Source: Solirubrobacteraceae bacterium (lineage in GTDB: Bacteria; Actinomycetota; Thermoleophilia; Solirubrobacterales; Solirubrobacteraceae). Taken from it: a DNA stretch of 35,502 nt. Position numbers and translations under genes: made by a program. The stretch is from assembly GCA_050997795.1 (NCBI GenBank), contig JBPCQU010000034.1, positions 1-35,502 of the forward strand, given 5' to 3'. Below the pieces are notes generated by a model. The model made no database searches. It was not told the DNA's origin and worked only from the letters and a program-made list of their open reading frames with translations. This document shows positions 26,482 through 35,502 of the stretch, piece after piece. Each line of letters begins with the position of its first letter. Positions within the stretch are counted from its first letter, which is position 1.

Positions 26482-28722
26482 ATGAGAAAACTTGCCGCCT
26501 GGTGCTTCAAGCACCGCGTGATCACGATCTCGGCCTGGATCGTGGGGCTCGTCGCGTTGACCGCGATCCACTCCGCGGCCGGCAGCGCGTTCAGTAACAA
26601 CTTCGACCTACCGCACACGCAGAGCTTCGACGCGATCCGGCTGCTGGAGAAGAACGCCCCGCGCGCCTCGGGCGAAACCGACCAGCTGGTGATCGCCGTG
26701 CGCAACGGCAAGGTCACCGACCCCGCGGTCCGCGCCCAGGCGCAGTCGCTGCTCGCGACCGTGGTAAGGCAGCCGCACGTGTCGACCGTGACGTCCCCGT
26801 ATGCGCCTGGGGCCCAGCGCCAGATCTCGCCCTCGGGCCAGGTGGCGTTCGCGAACATCACCTTCGACAGCGCCTCGAACAAGAACGAGATCACGACCTC
26901 GGCCGCGAAGGCGTTCGTGACAAAGATCACCTCGGCGTCGACGAGCGGCCCCCATGGCGTCGAGTTCGAGGTCGAGGGCAACATCGCCCGCAGCGGCAAC
27001 CAGAGCAACCAGTCCAGCGGCCTCATATTCGGCTTCCTGGCCGCCGCGATCGTGCTGTTCATCGTGTTCGGCTCGCTGCTGGCGATGGCGCTGCCGTTGG
27101 TGACGGCCGGGCTCTCGCTCGGCACCGGGATCGCCGTCATCGGCCTGTTCTCTCACGTGATGACGATGGCGTCGTTCTCGAGTGAGCTCGCGCTTCTGAT
27201 CGGCCTCGGGGTCGGCATCGACTACGCGCTGTTCATCGTCACCCGCTACCGCCAGGCCCTGCTCCGCGGCCTATCGCGAGAGCAGGCGACGGTCGAGTCG
27301 CTTGACACCTCGGGGCGCGCGGTGCTGTTCGCCGGCCTGATCGTCTGCATCGCGATGCTGGGCATGTTCGCGCTCGGCGTCAGCTTCCTCTACGGGGTCG
27401 CGGTAGCGGCGGCGATCGCGGTCGCGTTCACGGTGCTCGCGGCGCTGACGCTGCTGCCGGCGATGCTCGGCTTAGTCGGTGGGCTCGTCCCGCGCCGGCG
27501 GGAGCGGCGGGCGCTGCGCGAGGGCAAGTTCAGCGTCACCGACGAGTCACCGCTGTGGGCGCGGTGGACGGGGGCGATGCAGAAGCGCCCGGCGGCCTTC
27601 GCGGCCATCTCCGCGCTGGTGATGATCGTGATCGCGATCCCGTTCTTCTCGATGCGGCTCGGCTCGGCAGACTCCGGCAGCGATCCGGCCAGCTCGACCA
27701 CACGCAAGGCCTATGACCTGCTCGCCAAGGGCTTCGGTCCCGGCTACAACGGCCCGCTGCAGCTCATCGCCCAGGTGGGCTCGCCCGCCCAGCGGGCGGC
27801 CTTCGTCCGCGTCGAGCAGGCAGTCGCGCGGACTGCCGGGGTCGTCGGCGCGACCCGGCCGGCGTTCATCCGCGGCGCCGGCGGACGCTCCTCGGTGGCG
27901 CTGGCGAACGTCTACCCGAAGGGGTCGCCCCAAGACGCGTCGACCTCCGACCTCCTGCACCAGGTCCGCGGGCAGATCGTCCCTGCCGCCTCGCGAGGCA
28001 CGGGCGTGCAAGTGCTGGTGGGTGGGACCACGGCGATCTTCGATGACTTCAGCCACGTGCTGTCGAGCAAGCTGCCGCTGTTCATCGGGATCGTCGTGCT
28101 GCTCAGCTTCCTGCTGCTGATGGCGGTCTTCCGCAGCCTGCTGATCCCGCTGACGGCGGCGCTCATGAACATGCTCTCGGCCGGCGCGGCGTTCGGCGTC
28201 GTCACGGCGGTGTTCCAGCTCGGCTGGGGCGACGCGCTGCTGGGGATCGACAAGGCCGGTCCGATCGAGGCGTTCCTGCCGGTGCTGATGTTCCCGATCC
28301 TGTTCGGCCTGTCGATGGACTACAACGTGTTCCTGGTCACCCGCATCTACGAGGAGTGGCACCGCCGCGGGGACAACCGCGCCGCGGTCACCCACGGCCT
28401 GGCGGCGACGGGGCGCACGATCACGGCCGCGGCGGCCATCATGGTGCTCGTGTTCGGCGCCTTCGTGCTCGGCGGCGAGCGGATCATCGAGCTGTTCGGG
28501 GTTGGGCTCGCGAGCGCTGTCCTGCTCGATGCTCTAATCGTGCGCTCGGTGCTGGTGCCGGCGGTGATGATGCTGCTCGGCGAGCACAACTGGAAGCTTC
28601 CGGCATGGCTCGACCGGCTGCTCCCGCACCTCAACGTGGAGGGGACCGCGAGCCGGGACGAGAGCCGCGAGCCGGCGCCTACGGAAGCACACCCACCCAT
28701 GCCCGAGCCGGTGTCGGGCTGA
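26482..28722 (+). CDS. MMPL family (RND superfamily) transporter
   Basis: GLGVGIDYALF and FGLSMDY motifs, two repeats of a 6-TM unit, GFGPGYNGPL. GGAGGT RBS upstream. Confidence 0.95.
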   Translation: MRKLAAWCFKHRVITISAWIVGLVALTAIHSAAGSAFSNNFDLPHTQSFDAIRLLEKNAPRASGETDQLVIAVRNGKVTDPAVRAQAQSLLATVVRQPHVSTVTSPYAPGAQRQISPSGQVAFANITFDSASNKNEITTSAAKAFVTKITSASTSGPHGVEFEVEGNIARSGNQSNQSSGLIFGFLAAAIVLFIVFGSLLAMALPLVTAGLSLGTGIAVIGLFSHVMTMASFSSELALLIGLGVGIDYALFIVTRYRQALLRGLSREQATVESLDTSGRAVLFAGLIVCIAMLGMFALGVSFLYGVAVAAAIAVAFTVLAALTLLPAMLGLVGGLVPRRRERRALREGKFSVTDESPLWARWTGAMQKRPAAFAAISALVMIVIAIPFFSMRLGSADSGSDPASSTTRKAYDLLAKGFGPGYNGPLQLIAQVGSPAQRAAFVRVEQAVARTAGVVGATRPAFIRGAGGRSSVALANVYPKGSPQDASTSDLLHQVRGQIVPAASRGTGVQVLVGGTTAIFDDFSHVLSSKLPLFIGIVVLLSFLLLMAVFRSLLIPLTAALMNMLSAGAAFGVVTAVFQLGWGDALLGIDKAGPIEAFLPVLMFPILFGLSMDYNVFLVTRIYEEWHRRGDNRAAVTHGLAATGRTITAAAAIMVLVFGAFVLGGERIIELFGVGLASAVLLDALIVRSVLVPAVMMLLGEHNWKLPAWLDRLLPHLNVEGTASRDESREPAPTEAHPPMPEPVSG

Positions 28723-30227
28723 CGAGGTGGGCGAGGTGCTCCACGTTGGTCGATCTCGACACGCTCAGGCAGAGAAACCGCCTCTGGCGCCACCCGCGAG
28801 CGGAGCTTCGTGACCGCGATCACCGTCGCCGCCAGGCAGAAGCCGGCCGCGACGGTGAACGCCAGGTCAAAGCCGTCAGTGACCGCCCGCGCCGCGCCGG
28901 CCCCCACCGGCCCGGCTCCCGCCTCGCCGCTCGTCTGGGCGCTGGCGATCGTGCTGAGGATCGCGAGGCCGAGCGCGCCGCCCATCAGCCGCGAAGTGTT
29001 GAGCAGCCCCGAGCCGAGGCCGCTCTGCGGGCCGGTCACGTCCTGCATCGCCACGATCGTCGCGGGCACGAGCGAGAAGCCCATCCCGAGCGCGGTCAGC
29101 AGCGCGCCGGCGAGCACCGTGCCAACGTAGTCGCCACCCGGGGCGATGCGCGTCAGCAACAGCATCCCGGCCAGCATCGACAGCATGCCGGCGGTGATCA
29201 CGCGCCGGGCGCCGAAGCGCGCGACGACGCGCGGCGCGAGCGTCGAGCCGGCGAAGATCGAGAGCGTCATCGGCAAAAAGCTGAGCCCCGCCTCGATCGC
29301 GTCGTAGTGGAGCACCTGCTGCAGGTAGAGCGTGATGAAGAACCACGCCGGGAAGTTCGCCGCGTACATCAGCAGCATCACCAGGTTCGCGGCGCGCAGC
29401 TGGCCGTGGCGGAAGATCGACAGCGGGACGAGCGGCGCCCGGGCGACCTTGGCCTCGACGAACGCGAACGCGGCCAGCAGCAGCACGCCCGCGGCCAGCG
29501 GCGAGAGGACGCCGAGCGATCCCCAGCCGAGCGTGTCGGTGCGGACGATCCCGAACGTGACTGCGATCAGGCCCGAGGTGATCAGCGTGGCGCCCAGAGC
29601 GTCAAAGTGGCGCGGGTGAGCGGGGTCGGTTACCGGCTTGATCGCCGGGATCGCGCGCAGGCCGAGCGTCACCACGATGGCGCCGAGCGGCACGTTGACG
29701 GCAAAGATCGCCTGCCACCCGAGCCACTGCGTGAGCACTCCGCCCAGCAGAGCGCCGGAGGAGGCGCCCAGGGCGCCCATCGCGCCCCACAGCCCGAGGC
29801 CGCGATTGCGTTCCGGGCCCTCGGGGAGGGTGCTGGTGATGATCGCCAGCGTCGCGGGCGAGGTCACCGCCCCGGCGATGCCCTGGACGGCACGGGCGCC
29901 GATCAGCAGCCCCTGCGAGCTCGCCAGCGCGCACGCGAGCGAGCTGACCGCGAACATCGCGGTGCCGGCGAGGAACACGCGCCGGCGGCCGAGCAGATCC
30001 GCCGAGCGCCCGCCGAGCATCAGCAGACCCGCGAAGGTGAGCGTGTAGGCGTTCACGACCCACTGCAGCCCGGTGGTCGAGAAGCCGAGTCCGTTGCGGA
30101 TCGAGGGCAGGGCGACGTTGACGATTGAGACGTCGAGGATGACCATGAACTGCGCGAGGCAGACGACGAGCAGGACCAGGCTCGAGCTGCTCGCGCGGTT
30201 GGCCAAGAAGTTTCTGGTTGCTTTCAT
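28347..30227 (-). CDS. MFS drug:H+ antiporter, DHA2 (14-TMS) family
   Basis: LDVSIVNVALPSI, WVVNAYTLTF, GGRSADLLGRRR, GARAVQG, WQAIFAVNVP. The MFS fold ends near 28790 but the frame reads on to 28347. Likely start ATG 30227. Confidence 0.88.
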   Translation of the reverse strand: MKATRNFLANRASSSSLVLLVVCLAQFMVILDVSIVNVALPSIRNGLGFSTTGLQWVVNAYTLTFAGLLMLGGRSADLLGRRRVFLAGTAMFAVSSLACALASSQGLLIGARAVQGIAGAVTSPATLAIITSTLPEGPERNRGLGLWGAMGALGASSGALLGGVLTQWLGWQAIFAVNVPLGAIVVTLGLRAIPAIKPVTDPAHPRHFDALGATLITSGLIAVTFGIVRTDTLGWGSLGVLSPLAAGVLLLAAFAFVEAKVARAPLVPLSIFRHGQLRAANLVMLLMYAANFPAWFFITLYLQQVLHYDAIEAGLSFLPMTLSIFAGSTLAPRVVARFGARRVITAGMLSMLAGMLLLTRIAPGGDYVGTVLAGALLTALGMGFSLVPATIVAMQDVTGPQSGLGSGLLNTSRLMGGALGLAILSTIASAQTSGEAGAGPVGAGAARAVTDGFDLAFTVAAGFCLAATVIAVTKLRSRVAPEAVSLPERVEIDQRGAPRPPRQPDTGSGMGGCASVGAGSRLSSRLAVPSTLRCGSSRSSHAGSFQLCSPSSIITAGTSTERTIRASSRTALASPTPNSSMIRSPPSTKAPNTSTMMAAAAVIVRPVAARPWVTAARLSPRRCHSS

Positions 30228-30249
30228 GGGTGGTAGTCTGCAATCATGC

Positions 30250-30283
30250 TTATCCAGGTACAAGAGAAGGAGTTATCCTGGTA
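30250..30283. promoter_or_regulatory. Direct-repeat operator between the MFS and the MmyB-like regulator
   Basis: TTATCCAGGTA (30250-30260) and TTATCCTGGTA (30273-30283), 23-bp period. Confidence 0.6.
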
Positions 30284-31171
30284 GTGGAAATCCCCCCCAT
30301 CGAATCTGACGTCCTTCCGCCCTCGACCGCACAGGCGGTCCTCGCCAACGGGGAGCTCCGCCGCGCCGAGCTGGCGGACTTTCTGAGAAAGCGTCGCGCG
30401 CACCTCAAGCCCGACGAGGTCGGGCTCCCGAGCGGTGGGCGTCGGCGCACGCCCGGGCTGCGTCGCGAGGAGGTCGCGCATCTCGCCGGGGTCGGCGCGA
30501 CCTGGTACACGTGGCTCGAGCAGGGCCGTGACGTGCGCGCTTCGCTCGACGTGCTCGAAGCGCTCTCACGCGCGCTGCGGCTGACGCCCGCCGAGCGCAC
30601 CCACCTGGTGCTGCTCGGGCGCGGCGAGGAGCCGCCTCCGTGCAAGTCCGCCGAGCGCGTGTCGTCGACCGTCAGGCGGCTGATCGAGAACCTCGGCCCC
30701 AATCCCGCGTTCGTGATCGGCCGGCGCTGGGACTACCTCGCCTGGAACGAGGCGATGACTGCGATCTTCGGCGACCTCGGCGCCGTCCCGCGCGCGGCGC
30801 GCAACCACGTCTGGATGCACTTCATGGACGCCGCGCGGCGCGAGCTGTTCCCCGACTGGGAGCGAAGCGCGCGGCTCGTGGTCGCGAAGTTCCGCGCCGA
30901 CAGCGCGCGCCACATCGGTGACCCGGAGTTCGAGCAGCTGATCGGGACGCTTCGCAAGTCGAGCCCAGAGTTCTGCAGGGCGTGGAAGAAGCACGAGGTC
31001 GCGCGCAGCGGCGAGGGCCGCAAGGTGATCTGCCATCCCGTGGTCGGGACGATGGTGTTCGAGCACGCGGTGTTCAACCCCCAGGAGGCCCCCGAGCAGC
31101 GGCTGGTCCTGTACTCGCCGGTGTCAGAGGAGGACACCGCGGCGAAGCTCGCGCGGCTGCTCGCCGAATAG
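30284..31171 (+). CDS. XRE-family HTH regulator with MmyB-like ligand-binding domain
   Basis: ELADFLRKRRA, RRRTPGLRREEVAHLAGVGATWYTWLEQGR, PAFVIGRRWDYLAWN, SPEF..W, HPVVG. Start uncertain (GTG 30284 chosen). Confidence 0.92.
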   Translation: MEIPPIESDVLPPSTAQAVLANGELRRAELADFLRKRRAHLKPDEVGLPSGGRRRTPGLRREEVAHLAGVGATWYTWLEQGRDVRASLDVLEALSRALRLTPAERTHLVLLGRGEEPPPCKSAERVSSTVRRLIENLGPNPAFVIGRRWDYLAWNEAMTAIFGDLGAVPRAARNHVWMHFMDAARRELFPDWERSARLVVAKFRADSARHIGDPEFEQLIGTLRKSSPEFCRAWKKHEVARSGEGRKVICHPVVGTMVFEHAVFNPQEAPEQRLVLYSPVSEEDTAAKLARLLAE

Positions 31172-31225
31172 CTGCTAGCGCCCACCGGCGCCTGCTCGCC
31201 GAATAGCTGCTAGCGCCCACCGGCG
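31157..31225 (+). repeat. 35-bp-period tandem duplication spanning the regulator stop codon
   Basis: CTGCTCGCCGAATAGCTGCTAGCGCCCACCGGCG at 31157-31190 and 31192-31225. Confidence 0.95.
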
Positions 31226-31245
31226 GCTGATCGCGTCCAGCGGAC

Positions 31246-31283
31246 CGGTACAGACGTACCGAAGCTCTGGTACATTTGTACCA
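31246..31283. promoter_or_regulatory. Tandem palindromic TetR operators
   Basis: CGGTAC-AGAC-GTACCG (31246-31261) and TGGTACA-TT-TGTACCA (31268-31283), 22 bp apart, ending 2 nt before the tetR ATG. The second contains a TACATT -10-like hexamer. Confidence 0.8.
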
Positions 31284-31285
31284 TT

Positions 31286-31924
31286 ATGGCATCCGCGAAC
31301 GCGAACACCCATGTCAGCCGCCGGGGGGCACGCGCCCGCGCCGTCCCCGAGCGTCCGCGCGGCGCGGCGCGGCGCGAGGCGCTGCTCGAAGCGGTCCTGC
31401 AGATCGTCGCCGAGGTCGGCGCGGACGCCGTCACGCACCGCCGGGTCGCGGAGGTTGCCGGGCTTCCGCTCGCCTCGACGACGTACTGGTTTGATTCCAA
31501 GGAGCACCTGCTGACCGCGGCGCTCGAACTCGCGGCCGAGCGCGATGTCGCGCGCTTGAAGGCCTACGTCGCCGAGCCCCCCGCTGGCGCGGACCCGATC
31601 GATGTCGCCGTCGGCGCGATCCTGGGGCCGCTGCACGAGGGCATGCAGGGCACTCGCGGATCGCTGGTCGCCACTTATGCGCTGCTGCTCGAGGCCGCGC
31701 GCCGGCGAGCGCTGCAGACTGTGGCCCGGCGCTGGAGCGACGCCTACCTGGAAGCGCTCGGCCGGCTGCTCGCGGTCGCGGGCTCAAGGGATCCCCGCGC
31801 CGACGCCGAGCTGCTGATCGCCGCCACGGATGGGCTGCTGATCGAGCAGCTCGCTTCGGGGAAGTCCACCGACCTGTGCCCCCGCCTTGCCCGGCTGACC
31901 GCGGCGCTGGTGGCGAGCCCGTGA
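31286..31924 (+). CDS. TetR/AcrR family regulator (RcdA/YbjK-like)
   Basis: RREALLEAVLQIVAEVGADAVTHRRVAEVAGLPLASTTYWFDSKEHLL HTH. Confidence 0.92.
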   Translation: MASANANTHVSRRGARARAVPERPRGAARREALLEAVLQIVAEVGADAVTHRRVAEVAGLPLASTTYWFDSKEHLLTAALELAAERDVARLKAYVAEPPAGADPIDVAVGAILGPLHEGMQGTRGSLVATYALLLEAARRRALQTVARRWSDAYLEALGRLLAVAGSRDPRADAELLIAATDGLLIEQLASGKSTDLCPRLARLTAALVASP

Positions 31925-33201
31925 GCGCGCTCCGTTCACGTCTGTTCGCGCCGTCCGGTCCAGACCGCGGCCCCGAGCACGGGATCGTGGTCCTGATCGG
32001 AGCCCTGCTCCTATTCGAGGCCTCGCTGTACTCGGCGGTCACGCCGGTGCTGCCCCACTACGCCCACACGCTGCACGCTTCCAAGCCGGCGATCGGGGTG
32101 CTCGCCGCCGCCTATCCGGCCGGGATGCTCCCCGGCTCGCTGATCGGCGCCTGGATCGCCGCCCGGGCGGGCGTCAGGCGCACGGTACTCGTCGGCCTGC
32201 TGCTGTTCGCGGTCTCGATCGCCGCGTTTGGGTTCGGGTCAGACATCGTCACGCTCGACGGGCTGCGGTTCGTGCAGGGCGCGGCCTGCGGCTGCATCTG
32301 GGGCGGCGGGTTGACGTGGGTGATCGCGGTGTCGCCGCGCGAGCGGCGGGGCGAGGTGCTCGGCTCGGTGATCGCATCCGCGATCTTCGGCACGCTGCTG
32401 GGCCCGGTGCTCGGAACGCTCGCGGTGGCGCTCGGAACCCAGATCGTGTTCTCGTTTGTCGGGGCGGTGTCTCTCGCGCTGGCCGTGTGGACGCTCGATC
32501 ACCCCGAGCCGCCGAAACCCGAGCCCGGGACCCGCACCCCGCTGCGCGCGCTGGCCCGCAGCCCGCGGATCATGCTCGGCTTCTGGCTGATCCTGCTCGA
32601 AGCGTGCACGCTCGGCGCCACCGGCACCCTTCTCCCGCTGCGCCTGTCGCGATTCGGCGCCTCGGGAGTCGCAATCGGCGCGACCTTCCTGGTCGCGTCG
32701 CTGCTGAGCACGATCATCGCCCCCTCGATCGGGCGCCTGGTGGACCGCCGCGGGGCGGGGCTGCCGCTGTGCCTCGGCCTGACGATCGCCGCGGCGCTGC
32801 TCGCGACGCTGCCCCTGGCCCAGTCGGCGCTGGCGCTGGCCGTCATCACCGTGATCACGCTCGGCGGCCCGCTGACCGCGTACACGATCCCCGCGATGTC
32901 GGTGATCACCGAATCGGCCGAGCGTTCCGGGATCGCGCTGGTGGTCGCGACGATGGTGTTGAACCTTGCCTGGGCGACCGGTGAGACGATCGGCGCTCCG
33001 GCGGCGGCCAGTATCTCCCAGGCGACCAGCGACGCGGTGCCGCTGCTGCTGCTGGCCGCGATCATGGTGGTGACGCTCGGGCCAGTGCTCAAGGCACGGT
33101 TGACCGCGCCGGCCACGAGCGCCCCGACCGCCGAACCGGCGGGCCGGGAGTCCGCGGGCGCTTCGCCCGAGAGCGAGCGCGTCACCGTGGGGAGCAGGTG
33201 A
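31921..33201 (+). CDS. MFS transporter (12-TMS)
   Basis: About 12 hydrophobic segments, RFVQG, GRLVDRRG motif A. Start GTG 31921 overlaps the tetR stop. Confidence 0.9.
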   Translation: MSALRSRLFAPSGPDRGPEHGIVVLIGALLLFEASLYSAVTPVLPHYAHTLHASKPAIGVLAAAYPAGMLPGSLIGAWIAARAGVRRTVLVGLLLFAVSIAAFGFGSDIVTLDGLRFVQGAACGCIWGGGLTWVIAVSPRERRGEVLGSVIASAIFGTLLGPVLGTLAVALGTQIVFSFVGAVSLALAVWTLDHPEPPKPEPGTRTPLRALARSPRIMLGFWLILLEACTLGATGTLLPLRLSRFGASGVAIGATFLVASLLSTIIAPSIGRLVDRRGAGLPLCLGLTIAAALLATLPLAQSALALAVITVITLGGPLTAYTIPAMSVITESAERSGIALVVATMVLNLAWATGETIGAPAAASISQATSDAVPLLLLAAIMVVTLGPVLKARLTAPATSAPTAEPAGRESAGASPESERVTVGSR

Positions 33202-33205
33202 GCAA

Positions 33206-35191
33206 TTGAGCGCCAGCCGCAGCGGCGGCGAGTACCCGACCCTGCTCTCGCCGGTCGAGATCGGGCCGCTGACGCTGCGAAACCGCGTCGTCTCGACTTC
33301 GCATCAGACCGGGCTCGTCGAGGATCACCTGCCGACCGCTGATCTCATCGCTTACCACGAGGCCCGCGCTCGCGGCGGCGTCGGGGCGATCTTCCTCGAG
33401 GCGACGGCGGTCCACGCCAACGGGCTGCTGACCTCTCACACCGTGGGCGGCTTCCTGCCCGGGATCGTGCCCGTCTACCACCGTCTCTCAGAGCGCCTCC
33501 ACGGGCACGGCGCGGGCCTGATCGTCCAGTTGCTGCACGGCGGCCGCGAGCAGATATCCGCCGCGCCGAGACCGCCGGCGGTCGCGCCGTCGGCGGTCCC
33601 CAGCCTGCGCTTCAAGAGCGAGCCGCGAGCGCTGACGCTGCGCGAGATCGGCGAGCTGATCGAGGGATACGCCACCTGCGCCAGTCTCGCCGCGCAGGGC
33701 GGCGTCGACGGCATCGAGGTGTCGATGTCGCACGGCTACCTCCCGGCCCAGTTCCTCTCGCCGTTGTCAAACCGCCGGGCTGACGGCTACGACGGCTCGC
33801 TGTCGGCGCGGCTGCGCTTCTCGCTCGAGATCCTGGAGGCGGTTCGCGCGGCCGCCGGCGAGCGGCTCGCTGTCGGCGTGCGGCTGTCGGCCGACGAGCT
33901 AGTCCCGGGAGGGCTCGGCATCGAGGAGTGCGCCGAGGTCACCGCGCGCCTGCACGACGGCGGGCTCGTCGATTACGTCTCGCTCGTCCTCGGCCACTCC
34001 GCCTTCCCGGCCGCCTCGACGTGGATCGCGCCGCCCCCGCCCGTGCCCGCGGGCGCAATCGCCGAGCCCGCGGCGGCGATCCGCGCGGCGGTGCCCGACG
34101 TCAAGTTGCTCGCGACCACGCGGCTGGTCGACCTCGCTGCCGCCGAGGCGCTGGTGGCGCGGGGCACCGCCGACCTGGTCGGGATGACGCGCGCGTTGAT
34201 CGCCGACCCCGAGCTCGTGAGCAAGGCGATCGCGGGGCGCGCCGAGGAGGTGATCGAGTGCGTCGGATGCAACCAGGCGTGCATCGGGCATTACCACGCC
34301 GGAGTCCCGATCGGCTGCGCGGTCAACGCCCGCACCGGGCGCGAGCTGACCTTGGCGCCCCCGAAGCCGACGACGGGGCCAAAGGCGCCCGAGCCGCGCG
34401 CCGTGCGGCGCCGCGTGCTGGTGATCGGCGCGGGACCGGCCGGCGCCGCAGCGGCGCTCGAGGCGGCAGCCCACGGCGATGCCGCCATGCTGGTCGAGCG
34501 CGAGGACGAGATCGGGGGACAGCTGCGGTTGGCCGGTCTCGCCCCAGCGCACGCCGAGGTCTGGGAGCGATACCGCCGCTCTACAGCGGCGCGGCTGCAC
34601 GCCGCCGGGGTCACGATCAAGCTCGGCGTCGAGGCCGACGCTCAGCTGGCGGAGGGCTACGAGCTCGTGGTTCTCGCCACTGGCGCGCGAGCCTACGACC
34701 CGGAGCTCGCGATCAGCCAGGCTGCGGTGTGCCAGGCGTGGGAGGCGATCCGTGATCCCCGAGCGGTCGGCGCGCCCGCGCTGGTGGCCGATTGGGGCGG
34801 CGGTTGGGATGGGCTCGACGCCGCCGAGCGCCTGGCTGGCGCCGGCGTCGAGGTGACGCTCGCCTGCGCGGCCCCGGTCCCGGGCGAGACGCTTCACCAG
34901 TACCAGCGCAACCTGTATCTCGCCCGCCTGGACGAGCTCGGCGTCGAGATCCTCCACCACCACGAGCTGACCGCGGCTGACGGCCGGCCGGCGCTGCGCC
35001 ATGTCTTCTCCGGCGCCGCGAAGCCGCTGCCGGCGCTCGCGACGCTGGTCCTCGCCCAGGGTCGCGTCCCGGTGGATGAGCTGTGGTCAGAGCTCGAGGC
35101 CCACCCGGGCGCCATCCGCGCCGGTGACGTACTCAGTCCGCGCACGCTCGAGGAGGCGGTGCTCGAGGGGACGCTGGCGGTCGCGAGCTGA
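33206..35191 (+). CDS. NADH:flavin oxidoreductase, Old Yellow Enzyme/FadH-like with FMN, 4Fe-4S and FAD domains
   Basis: [49 protein letters not shown]...C cluster motif, [16 protein letters not shown]. Confidence 0.92.
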   Translation: MSASRSGGEYPTLLSPVEIGPLTLRNRVVSTSHQTGLVEDHLPTADLIAYHEARARGGVGAIFLEATAVHANGLLTSHTVGGFLPGIVPVYHRLSERLHGHGAGLIVQLLHGGREQISAAPRPPAVAPSAVPSLRFKSEPRALTLREIGELIEGYATCASLAAQGGVDGIEVSMSHGYLPAQFLSPLSNRRADGYDGSLSARLRFSLEILEAVRAAAGERLAVGVRLSADELVPGGLGIEECAEVTARLHDGGLVDYVSLVLGHSAFPAASTWIAPPPPVPAGAIAEPAAAIRAAVPDVKLLATTRLVDLAAAEALVARGTADLVGMTRALIADPELVSKAIAGRAEEVIECVGCNQACIGHYHAGVPIGCAVNARTGRELTLAPPKPTTGPKAPEPRAVRRRVLVIGAGPAGAAAALEAAAHGDAAMLVEREDEIGGQLRLAGLAPAHAEVWERYRRSTAARLHAAGVTIKLGVEADAQLAEGYELVVLATGARAYDPELAISQAAVCQAWEAIRDPRAVGAPALVADWGGGWDGLDAAERLAGAGVEVTLACAAPVPGETLHQYQRNLYLARLDELGVEILHHHELTAADGRPALRHVFSGAAKPLPALATLVLAQGRVPVDELWSELEAHPGAIRAGDVLSPRTLEEAVLEGTLAVAS

Positions 35192-35212
35192 CGCCGCGCG
35201 GCGGCGGCCGCT

Positions 35213-35340
35213 CACGGCGGTGGGGCTACTCGCGCGAGTGCCCGGTGCAGAAATGGATGCGCGACGCCAAGCTCGAAGAGATCGAGGAGGGCACCTCCGA
35301 CATCCAACGGCTGGTGATCTCCCGGCGGCTGCTGCGCTGA
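35213..35340 (+). pseudogene. C-terminal remnant of an acyl-CoA dehydrogenase
   Basis: 35221-35340 translates [39 protein letters not shown], the ACAD signature (GGxGY...RDAK...EGT..IQR). No upstream start, and the HGG codons are 1 nt out of frame. Confidence 0.85.
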
Positions 35341-35378
35341 CGGCTCCGGCACGCGTACGCGCCGTCGTGGCCACAGGC

Positions 35379-35502
35379 TCAGCCCCCAACCGGCTCCTCG
35401 GTGACGTCGCGCGCGACCAGCGCGGCGTACACGCCGCGGCGCTCGAGCAGCTCCTCATGGGTTCCGCGCTCGGCAATCGAGCCCTTGTCGAGCACGACGA
35501 TC
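35379..35502 (-). CDS. 3' end of an ABC transporter ATP-binding/permease protein
   Basis: Manual translation IVVLDKGSIAERGTHEELLERRGVYAALVARDVTEEPVGG*, a typical type IV ABC exporter NBD tail. Confidence 0.85.
   Translation of the reverse strand, partial: IVVLDKGSIAERGTHEELLERRGVYAALVARDVTEEPVGG

Noticed and set aside
28356-30128. 590-aa plus-strand ORF and the many other Arg/Pro-rich overlapping ORFs
   Set aside because: Shadow ORFs expected from the scarcity of stop codons at high GC.
31157-31225. 34-bp repeats as a mini CRISPR array
   Set aside because: Only two copies with a 1-nt gap, no spacers, no cas genes, and the unit includes the preceding gene's last codons.

Overview
A very GC-rich bacterial chromosomal segment. 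Gene content and the frequent apparently leaderless genes suggest Actinomycetota, possibly Solirubrobacterales (inference). It holds about 30 tightly packed CDSs and I see no rRNA, tRNA, CRISPR array, transposase or integrase. From left to right: (1) a minus-strand redox module of a ferric-reductase/MsrQ-like membrane protein, an ApbE flavin transferase without a signal peptide, and a small membrane-anchored Pro/Gln-rich protein ending in SGGS; (2) an MprAB-like two-component pair split by an oppositely oriented REC-GGDEF-EAL gene, downstream of a LolA-like protein and an ABC exporter; (3) a class II glutamine amidotransferase and a methyltransferase converging on an Arn-like amino-sugar cluster (DegT aminotransferase, GT-C transferase, secreted DUF4185-like protein, GT2); (4) a frameshifted P450, a membrane-fused spermidine-synthase-like protein, a GST and a TipA-like MerR regulator; (5) thiolase-M28 peptidase-P450 and NUDIX-methyltransferase-DsbA operons; (6) MMPL and DHA2 MFS transporters with an MmyB-like regulator; (7) a TetR-MFS-OYE flavoenzyme operon ending in an acyl-CoA dehydrogenase remnant, and the 3' end of an ABC transporter. 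The best candidate for an undescribed system is the ApbE / SGGS-tail protein / heme membrane protein module. Also notable are the insertion scar splitting the two-component operon and four short duplications located at gene termini. Scattered odd substitutions and a 1-bp frameshift suggest some consensus error, so single-base claims need read-level checks.
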